From contig NIVC01002446.1 in the NCBI GenBank assembly GCA_002269645.1, forward strand, positions 108,964-172,963: 64,000 nucleotides of DNA. Direction: 5' to 3'. Position numbers and translations under genes: made by a program. Shown in pieces: positions 10,683 through 20,400 of this stretch; the first letter of the stretch is position 1; every line of letters begins with the position of its first letter. Origin of the DNA: Macrostomum lignano (lineage: Eukaryota). Under the pieces are notes generated by a model. The model had not been told where the DNA came from and searched no databases. It saw only the letters and a list, made by a program, of their open reading frames with translations.

Positions 10683-13391
10683 ATGACCTCGGACTCGCCT
10701 GCAATCGAGTCGGCCACCGTTGAGGTGTCCAAGCTGACATCTGCTGCCGCGGCCGACCTGGATTCTGCCTCGTTGGAGGCTGCGGAAGTCAAAGACGCCA
10801 CAGCTGCAGATGCAGCAGGAGAGTCCACGGCGGCTGACGCGGAAGAGGACGAGCACGCAACCTTCGCCACGGCCAAGCTCATCCGGCCGAAGCACACCGT
10901 GTCCAATGGCCAGTACATACCCAAGATTCGCATTCGCCTGCTGAATCCGCCAGCCGCCGCCGCGTCCGATTCCGACGAGCGCGATGCTGATGCCGAAACT
11001 TCGGAGGCTGCGCCGGCCGCCGCTGCCGCTTCTTCGTCCAGCCGACTGCGCGGACTGCTGATGCGCGGCAGCGGTGGCGGTGGCGATGGTGCTAAAAATT
11101 CTTCGCACAAAGCTTCCGTGCGCAAGATTATCGGGGTGAGTTGAGGCGAATTTTTCCGGGTCCGCTGTGTCCCCTGACGCCTCACTGTGTCCCCTGACGC
11201 CTCACTGTGTCCCCTGACACCTCACTGTGTCCCCTGACGCCTCACTGTGTCCCCTGACACCTCACTGTGTCCCCTGACACCTCACTGTGTCCCCTGACAC
11301 CTCACTGTGTCCCCTGACACCTCACTGTGTCCCCTGACACCTCACTGTGTCCCCTGACACCTCACTGTGTCCCCTGACACCTCACTGTGTCCCCTGACAC
11401 CTCACTGTGTCCCCTGACACCTCACTGTGTCTCTTGACACCTCACTGTGTCCCCTGACACCTCACTGTGTCCCCTGACACCTCACTCTGTCCCCTGACAC
11501 CTCACTCTGTCCCCTGACACCTCACTCTGTCCCCTGACACCCCACTGTGTCCCCTGACATCTCACTGTGTCCCCTGACGCCTCACTGTGTCCCCTGACGC
11601 AATTTCCTCCGGTAGCGCCTCCCACTTCCACGCACTTAGCCCCGCTCTCCTCAGGTATCGTCCAAAGCTGTAAAACGGAAAGCGGCCACCGTTTCTGCTG
11701 TTTCTGCTGCCGGCTCAACTTCTACTAAAAGCGCATGCGGCGCCGCATCGGCAAACAAAAGGCTGAACAGCAGGTTCGCAACCAAGCGGTACCTTGACCT
11801 GGAGAATCCCAACTCTCCCCTGGCCAAAATCAATCTCAAGGCGCTGATCAATGCGGCCAATTTTGAGCGCCTGCCAGCGGATGCGCGCCAACGACTGCTG
11901 GCCTACTTGCCAGTCTGCGACCGGCCACCAGCCGACTGCAGCATAAAGCTGCCCAATGGCGCTCTGAACAACGAATTCCTAACCAAGACTTTGATTGATT
12001 TTGGCAAGCGGCTACAGCGAGGCGACTTCCGGGTGCGTCAGGTGCGCGCCGCAGCCGCAGCCGCCGCTAGCGCTGCTGCCGCCGCCGCCGCCGCCGCAGC
12101 TGCTTCAGTGACCCCTCCGCTGCCTCCGCCGCCGTCACAGCCGCTTGCAGCTCCGCCGTCGTTTTCGTCGCCTTCGCTGAAAGTTGAAAAGCTGGAACCG
12201 AAGCTTGAGCTCAAAGCGGAGCTGAAGTCTGAACCGCAGGCTCCGGTGCCTGACCCATCCAGTAGTGGCGCCATCGGCTCCAGCAGCCCGATGAGCCAGG
12301 CGTCAGCTTCGGCCAGCTCACAGGAGGACGGCGGCGAGTCGCCCTCGCCCAGGCCGCTGTTCGCCAAGCCTCGCGGCGCCCCGCCGATCGCCGCCAGCAA
12401 AGGAAAACCCGGCGCCAAAGCGGCAGCCGCCGCAGCCGCCGCAGCTGCCGGAGGTCGGATCGTCATCAAGCGAACCGCCAGCGGCGAACTGCAGGCCAGG
12501 TTAAACAGCGGCGGCGACCTCGGCGCTTCGGACTCGGCGCCGCGCCAGACGCGAACTCTGGCCACCGTCCGGGAGCGCCTGCGCGCCAAGCGGGCCGCCA
12601 ATCGGCTGGCCTCGGCGTCCACCGCCGCCTTGTCGCCGCCCGTGGCAACCACCGCCCCGATGGCTTCTTCGCCTAGCGCCGCTGTCGACGCCTCCGTGAC
12701 TCTGACCTCCAGCAGCAGCAGCCTGTCCACGGATGTCTTGGGTGCTTCCGCGTCCGGTCTGCCAGCTGCCGCTTTGCAACAGCCTGAGCCTCCGCCGCCT
12801 CCGGCTCCATCGATGCCGCCAACGCTGACTCTGACCACTTTAACAACGGCTGCGCCAACTCCTACGCCCGCGCTGTCCCTAATGGCGCCGCCGCTGCGGT
12901 CGCTCGCGTCGGCGGCTCCGGCTCTGTCCGTGTCGCTGACTTCTACAGCGGCCGGCAGCTGCCCGGCTCCGGCAGCGACAGTCTCGGCCGCAGCCATGGT
13001 TGGCCGGCAGAATCGTAGGCCAATTGCGATTGTGCAGCCAACTAAGACGCCGCAGGCTTTCAGTCTCGCGCCGAACGTGTCGGCCGCCTCCGTCGCTTCA
13101 ATTGCCGCCGCCTCGTCTTCCGCCGCCGCCGTGGTGGCCAGTTCAGCGGCGCCGCCAGCCTCCGTCGAAGCATTCCAGTCGGTGATGTTCGGCAGCCAGC
13201 AGATGTACCTCATCCCGGCGATCCCGGCTCATCTGCGTGGCGCCCAGTTGAATCTTGTTGGCCTGGCCGTCACCGCATCGACCTCCAGCGCGGGTAGCGG
13301 CAGCGCCGGCGGCGTCTCCCCCGGTCCCAGCGGCGACGGCAAGAAGGGCAGCCGGGAGGCGCCAACAATTTGCGTTCAGAAGCCGTGCTGA
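10683..13391 (+). CDS. ASXL: ASXL/Additional sex combs-like protein with DEUBAD (ASX-homology) domain; exons 10683-11135 and 11655-13391
   Basis: Phase-0 intron (GGG|GTGAGT ... CTCCTCAG|GTA) joins the two ORFs into about 729 aa. Exon 2 encodes YLDLENPNSPLAKINLKALINAANFERLPADARQRLLAYLPVCDR...GALNNEFL...FGKRLQRGDF, typical of DEUBAD, followed by Ala/Pro/Ser low-complexity sequence. Further upstream exons cannot be excluded. Confidence 0.8.
11164..11600 (+). repeat. 20-bp intronic minisatellite (CTCACTGTGTCCCCTGACAC), about 22 copies
   Basis: Directly visible tandem array filling most of the ASXL-like intron. Confidence 0.97.
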
Positions 13392-13850
13392 ACCGGCTTT
13401 CTTCTGCTTTTTGTGTTCCTAAAAATTGTGATTCTAACCCGGGCAGCAAAAGAAATCTTGACGCTACTGCTAGTAGGCCACATCGTTGATAAATTTTTAA
13501 CTAAATCGATCGGTCATTTTAAACGAACTTTTCATAGCTTGTAGATTATTAGGAGAGCGAATCGATTTAAGTCGAAATTTCGACAACTCTCTATACTACT
13601 CAATCACAAGCAGTAGTGCATGATACAGTTTTGTGAACTAGCTGGTATACTTGCGTACATATTAGGCTTTATCCAGCTCGCATCCAGAGGATCCAATAAA
13701 TTGGGAACAGGTGCGCGCCAATAACCTGTGCTGTTTCTCCCGTTTAATATATGATTTAAATGATTATGCACCAAATTCACCAAGGCAGCTGCTTTGCATT
13801 ATTTCATTTTCGAGGTTACTTATAGAGCCTTCTTAGGCTTAGCCACAGAT

Positions 13851-15365
13851 ACTAGAGAATAACTAGATGGGCCACTTAGCACATTTGCGTGCAAGCTACT
13901 TTCAGTTCAGTAGTAAGTTAAACAGAAGCATTTTAATGTATTTTTAAAGCCAAGGCTCATTTATTGGCTCTTACCCCCCCACTCAAACCTCCAACCGCGC
14001 CTTTCCACACTACCGCCCCCCGCCCTGCCCCAACTTTTATTGCCTTTCTCTGAATTCCCAGCCTAAAGCTGCCATGTACATTTCAGTGGACTGGCTAATG
14101 TACATTATTGCTGAACCAATTAGCAAGCTGTTTACGCCTGCAAGCTTGGGTTTCTGAAGTCGTTTCAGCTGGCTTTATTTTTATAAAATAGCTTATATAT
14201 TCTTCTTTGCTACAGAACTGAAAGTAGAAAGCTGTTTTACTGAGTATATATGCCTGAGTGGCCCATCTAGTTATTTTAGTATCTGTGGGCTTACCATGTA
14301 AATAGTAATTGCTTACATGTATCATGCCTGTATACATTAGTTACAGAGTGCTTAGATGTGCTTATCGTGTCGCTTGTTTGTCATTAATTTTAATTTCACA
14401 ATTAAAAATAATTCAATGTATTTTAAAATGCTTGTTGGGTTTATTTGTCATCGTGTGCCTTCTGTTCTCTGTCTCTCTGTGTCCCAGGGACCAATGCGCG
14501 CTTGTCTGCCCCTGTGCATGTCAATTATCAATATTGTTATAGATTCAGCTTCTCGCGTCTTCTATCCATCCAACTAAAATATTTGCCACTAATCTATAAT
14601 CTTCCGTTTGCGTGATTGAAAGTTACATTAAATAAACGTAAAATAGAAGTCGCTTTGCTATGCCCTTGGCAGTTAGTTCTGAGGTTTGCTAGTTGCATCA
14701 AGTTAGTAATTGTTTAGTATATTAACCGTAAGCCACTCACTTGTATTGGTAAATAATTTACAAATATATCCATACTTACTACACTGTGTTACACGCTATT
14801 ATTGCTCGAGAAAAATTTTGTGACAAAAATTATTTTAATCATTCACTTATTTCACTCTTAACAGTGAGGAAAGTCGCTGTTAAAAGTTGCTTCAGAAATT
14901 GGCACCAACAACAGTCAAGATCCTAAAATGACATGACAACAACTACATGCAGATGGGCCACTCAGACATATTAGCAAAACAGCTTTCTACTTTCAGTTCA
15001 GTAGCAATAAAAGAATATACGAGCTATTTTATAAGAATAAAATAATAGAATATAAGAAGGCAGCTGAAATTACTGATAAGTTTAGAAGCCAAAGCTTGCA
15101 GACGTAAACAGCTTGCTAATTGCTAATTGGTTTAGCCATAATGTACATTAGCCACTAAAATGTACAAGGCAGATTTAGGCTGGAACAACCGAGGAGGGTA
15201 ATAAAAATTGGGTGGCGGGGCAGGGGTAGAGGTTCTTTGTGGAGTTTGAGTATAAGCCTGGTCTTTAAAAATACATTAAAATGCTTCAGTTTAAGCTACT
15301 ATTGACCTGAAAGTAGCTTGCACGCAAATGTACTGAGTGGCCCATCTAGTTACTCGTATTCTAGT
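13851..15365. mobile_element. Fold-back element: inverted arms of about 420 bp (13851-14270 / 14951-15365) around a spacer of about 680 bp
   Basis: AGATGGGCCACTTAGCACATTTGCGTGCAAGCTACTTTCAG and AATTAGCAAGCTGTTTACGCCTGCAAGCTT in the left arm have reverse-complement counterparts in the right arm. The arms are diverged but colinear. Confidence 0.75.
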
Positions 15366-15387
15366 ATTGGTTTTGTCAGCCTAACTG

Positions 15388-15598
15388 AGAATAAAGCCAT
15401 CCAAAGTGAGAATCCTGCCTACGCTGACTGCGAAGGGCCTGGCTGCGTGCAGCCTTAGTCTATGGGCCATAGACTATAAAGGACAAGCAAAGTGATAAAA
15501 GCCATCCAATGTGAGAATCCTGCCTACGCTGAATACGAAGGGCCTAGCTGCGTCCAGCCTAGTCTATGAGCCATAGACTATAAAGGACAAGCAAAGTT
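15388..15598 (+). repeat. Two direct copies of a unit of about 103 bp, each containing an AGTCTATG(G/A)GCCATAGACT hairpin
   Basis: ATAAAGCCATCCAAAGTGAGAATCCTGCCTACGCTGA...GGACAAGCAAAGT is repeated in tandem with a few substitutions. Confidence 0.85.
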
Positions 15599-15626
15599 TT
15601 AAAAGACCAATCGATTCTCACATTGG

Positions 15627-15828
15627 ATTTTGTCCCACTTTGTCAAGGGCACAAATGTCTATGGCACAATAATAGTAATACCCATGCTTTGCGGGCGTTA
15701 ATGAGAAATGATTTTCCCATTAACGCCCTTAAAGCATGGGTATTAATGTACTATTAACGCCCGCAAAGCATGGGTATTACTATCGTTGTGCCATAGACAT
15801 TTGTGTCCTTGACAAAGTGGGACAAAAT
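15627..15828. repeat. Near-perfect long palindrome (arms of about 76 bp, spacer of about 50 bp)
   Basis: ATTTTGTCCCACTTTGTCAAGGGCACAAATGTCTATGGCACAA...GCGGGCGTTAAT pairs with ATTAACGCCCGC...TTGTGCCATAGACATTTGTGTCCTTGACAAAGTGGGACAAAAT with about 3 mismatches. Confidence 0.9.
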
Positions 15829-16103
15829 TAGCGGGCAGTTAATGATATTAACTGCCCGCTAATTTGCATTAGAGTAAGTTTGAAATAGACAATCGGGCGT
15901 TAAATGTCATTAACTGCCCGCTAATTTGCATTAAAGTAAGTGTGACTCCTGCAAGCGGGCTTAAATGTAGTTTATGGCATTAAAAGGCAAGAATAAGTGC
16001 CCAGCGGGCACAAAGGTCATGGTACAATGAGAAATCCTCGGGCGCCTAACGGCGCGCTCTGATTTTCCCATTAACGCCCTTAAAGCATGGGTATTAATGT
16101 ACT

Positions 16104-17233
16104 AGTATGTGGCCCGGAACATTTTGTCTATGGTCGAACTTAAATGCATTATATTTTGAACAAAAGCAGATTGAACGATTGGTGTATCAAGCAAAAAGTG
16201 GTGTGACATTAATTGTTCTAGTAATTACGTGCAGACGGTTAGGTAGCTACAGTTACGAGAATAATTGGACTCTGGCTCCGTTCTTCTCCAGAATGACAGT
16301 CGGGTTGCCTGATGGAGTAGGTTGACTGGACACAACTTTTTCATGCGATACAGTAAACACCTCGGTTTTCGTAGAATCCTGATGTAGGCCGGCTGTGAGA
16401 CTATGAGAAACATTGATCTTCCTCTTTTCAGAGATGCGTTTGGTGTACCGGCTGACAGAATCGTTGCTGCGATGGCCTGAAAAAATATTGTTTAATTTTT
16501 GTCAATGTATATTCACGGTAATAACACAAATAGCAGTAGCAGTGCGAATACATGTATAGCGTCCCACTTACCTGTCACCGCCTTGATTTCTTCCATTGTG
16601 TGTCCATTATCGACCAGGTTTGGCACTGTTGTCGACCTAATGCAATGGTTCGTGTAGACTCGGCTGAGTCCAGCTCGATCAGAAATTTTCTTCATCATCT
16701 CGTTCAGAGTATTCTTTCCAAGAACACAGGTTGAAGAGTACCAATACATGTAATGGATGTTGACGGCGAATTGATCTTGACAGCTTTTGGAAAAAGAGCG
16801 CTCATCAGCTCCGGAATCTTGGACAGGTACATCTCGACAGCCTCAACAGAATGAATCTTAAGCAGCATAGGCTTCTGAATTTTCTGCTTTACTGCATGTC
16901 TTATTAAAAATCATATAAAGACAGATTGATCTATGGTCATAAGTGGGGGCTTCGCCCCCACACCCCATTTTTGTGGGGACTTTGCCCCCACACCCCCACT
17001 GTAGCGGGCCGAAATGATAAGTTGGCCCGGCACTTTAGCAGTGGTTAATAGACAGCAGGCCGCATCACTTCATTTCGGCCCGCTGTTTTAGACTATGCCT
17101 TTAACCCTCGAAATTTAGGAATAATATGGATACGTCTATGGTTCCTCGGGCCGAAACATGAATACAACCATCAGTATGTGGCCCGGAACATTTTGTCTAT
17201 GGTCGAACTTAAATGCATCATATTTTGAACAAA
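16104..17233 (+). repeat. Direct repeats of about 60 bp (16104-16163 and 17173-17233) bracketing the recombinase fragment and internal hairpins
   Basis: AGTATGTGGCCCGGAACATTTTGTCTATGGTCGAACTTAAATGCAT(T/C)ATATTTTGAACAAA occurs twice. An internal hairpin GCGGGCCGAAATGA...TCATTTCGGCCCGC lies at about 17005-17083. Confidence 0.85.
16253..16890 (-). mobile_element. Crypton-type tyrosine recombinase (DUF3504/ZMYM-like) 3' fragment with a spliceosomal intron (16477-16571)
   Basis: Minus strand: SVEAVEMYLSKIPELMSALFPK, a frameshift, then WYSSTCVLGKNTLNEMMKKISDRAGLSRVYTNHCIRSTTVPNLVDNGHTMEEIKAVTG. A phase-1 intron (ACAG|GTAAGT...TTTTTCAG|GC) continues into HRSNDSVSRYTKRISEK to a stop at 16253. The HxxR, GH and Y catalytic positions of the YR fold are present. 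Confidence 0.85.
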
Positions 17234-17491
17234 TATAAGATCTATGGTCTAGACTACTAAAAGCGAGAAACGTTGTGCAGTACTACTATGAGTAGGCACA
17301 GTTGATGCGAGTTTGGGCGCATACCCGCAAGCCATGGTTATGGCTCTAAAATTTGATTGGCGGGCACCCGTGAATATAGATGATGCATGCATGGTTCAAG
17401 TGCTGACATTATGAACCCCTCATTGTTTTCTTACCGTTTCTGCCTTACTGAAGAAAGTTCGGGACTCAAGTGAGCATTCAATAAGCCTAAA

Positions 17492-20400
17492 ATGACCGCT
17501 TCTTCACTGAAGCTGCAGCAGAAACTGGCAATGTCTGTCATGCTGCTTCCGCTGCTGCTGCTGCCGCTAGTTCTGAGTTCGACACCTCCGACGGAGTCGA
17601 CGAATTCGTCGACATCACTGCCGACAACGACGAGAGCGCCGGAATCGCCGACAACAACGGAAGCGACGATGCAAACCGACGGTTATTCGGTGCAGCCCGG
17701 CGTGGCGGCCGCTCAACTGGATCTGGCCGACCAAATGGCGAACGAGCTGTCCGAGTGGGCCGGCCGTCTGTCTGTGGCGGGCGCCAATGCAGCTGACGAA
17801 GTTCGGGCGGCCCGCTACTCCAGGACCTCAGTTGGCCTCATTGGCCAGTTTCAAAAGGTGAGAAAGCAATGAAGAATCGGTTGAAATTTTTGAAAGCTCG
17901 GATATGACTATTTTGAGCCATTTTTTATTAGTACACTCAGTCTTTCCTAGGTAGAATATGTCGAATCATCTTCTCCCATGTGCTCTTGCCCCGAGGTCTG
18001 GCGATCAGGTAGAGCACAGTAGCTTTCGCTATGGGTACTTTTACGTTCGTGCTGCTCTCACTGTTTGTAAATGCGGTAATAGGCATTTATATGAAGCATC
18101 CTGACAATACTTAAGGCTCGCTCACACTCCCATCAAATGAACATCAAATTACACGGCTAACGAACGAAGTTGTGTGATGGCACATGTCATTTGATGCCCA
18201 ATATGAAAGTTTTCAGGGCCACTTAAATGATATTTAATGCGTCATGCATCAGCAGAATGCGCAACTTTCTGCTTTGCCTCTCGTCGTAAAGTAAGATAAG
18301 CAGAACGGTGACCTTGAAAGTGCATCGAATAGTGGTGTCGCTTCTAAATTTCTTGGAAAAGAGGTGGAACTTTCGTTTTCGGCAAGAGTTTGGAACGATA
18401 TTCTGACCTGGTTCGCAGTGGCTCCACCGATACCGTACATTTCAATGTACTGATGGGTGGTGTACAGGAATTGTGTCGACGAACAAAAAGGAGAGTGCAT
18501 TATGCTGCAAGACTGTACGATTTGCGAATCACATGATAATTCATGATCTTGATCGTACCAGTGCAACTGCTGCATGGAAAGATCACAGCTATTACTAGGA
18601 ACTATCGCGCGCATGTCGCCTAGCTATAGGGGCTCAGATGTTTTCGCAAGAAGCTTACGCACTTTTGCCGAAATTAACCAAAAAGAAACGATTTTTTGAC
18701 ATCCATTTGACATCCATTAACTTTATTTTCTAAAGCTCGAGAATACAGTATCAATATCTCGCATATATAATGACGAACTGGTAGCTTGTACGAGCGTACT
18801 TGTATATACAGTATTTGGGTCTACGACTCTCGCGATTTCACTATCGACCCTAAGCCTAAACCCTAACCCTATCCAAAATTACCAGCAGTCAAATTGCGGC
18901 ATTCAGTTGTCGTGATCCCTATACATACGAGCTGTATATATAAGCTTAAAGATATTCAGAAACAGAAAACTCAGTTTCTTCTGGCGCTGACGTGGTTACA
19001 GAAAAAAGCCAGGTCATTTCAGAACTACGGTCGCGGAGTTCACTTAAGGTCACGGAACAGCTTTGGTCATGCACGGAACGGCCTTGGTCACAGCGCAAAC
19101 CCTCCGAAGGCTAATGCAGAAGCAGCATCTGGCGATGTTTTCACCTCGCTGTAGACTGTAACAATCAGTCTTTGCGCAAAAACTAACTCTGAACAATACA
19201 GTTTAATAACTCTGCGCTAGAAAAATCCCGAGGTAGTAGTCAACGGCTAACGGGCACCCTGACTTTACCTTGGATAATTACTCGTAAACCTGAGGAATGT
19301 CCTTCTGCTAAAAAAACTAGCTCTGCTTCTTGAACAAAACTTTCCGAACAAAGCCTTTTGTTCTCGTCAATTGCTTCATGGATGAAATACTCAAATTCTT
19401 GTACCATAATAACTGCCGTTTGAATCCTTCCACAGAAACTGGGCATCGCTGGTAAATTGCTCGCCTTCGTCGCCTCGATGCTTCTGCCGAGCGAGACGGA
19501 GGTCCTGGCGGACGTCGTCATTCGTCGATTCGAAGAGGTCAACCGACGACTCACTGGTATCGAGCGACAACTGCAGAGAGCTACCAGCTCGATTCGGGTA
19601 GCTCAGGAAACTGCCGAAACTCTCAGACCGTATCGCGATTGTCACAACGCTGTGCGAAACGGAGCACAAAAACGATCAGACATCATGATCAGAATGCAGA
19701 CTGCTCGAACCAAGCATCAGCTTACGCGACTAGCCGAGGAGTTCACAAACTGGTACGAGACCTCTGAGCTGGACGCTCGACTGTCCAACTTACATCGAGT
19801 TGCAACTCGAGAGACCACCTCCGACGTCGGCCAAAACTTGTTCCAGTCGTACATAGAGCTGCACAGCTGCAGCACAAGTCGACTCGCTGAGCTCATGCTG
19901 GGAGTCGTGCATGACATGGAACTCGGGTATGAGCTTCAGATGGCTTATCATTTCTTCCGAAACGGAGCAGGTCGAGCATCCGAGCAGTTGCTCAAGGCGA
20001 AAACCGATTTGTATCAGTTGAGGTCGGCGTTCGACCGGTACTACTGGTACTGTTTAGAGAACACAAAGACGATGGCGTCCCAAGTAGTGAGAAACCTCAT
20101 GGAAGAGTCGTCGAGACGAGATACCATCGCGAAAGCCAGTCATGTACTCACAGGATTAGAGAATAGATTCCATCGATTCAAATGGGCTGTGGCCGTCGGT
20201 GTAACTGATCTCCTGCAGACAAGCACTCTCGGTGCGGAGAACTACTTTATGTTGCCGACGGCTCCGAGTGTCCTTGTGTCATTCGCTGACTCCGAGCAGT
20301 CGCTTCGGTGCTCCGATGTAAACCTCACGAGTACTCGCTTGATCTTCCGATGTCCGTCGGACTCTTGCGCAGTGGTCGCATCGACTGGGACCATCGGAAG

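Noticed and set aside
10596-13213. Long minus-strand ORFs (170, 188 and 391 aa) over the ASXL-like exons
   Set aside because: Antisense shadows of GC-rich, Ala/Ser-rich coding sequence with no recognisable motifs.
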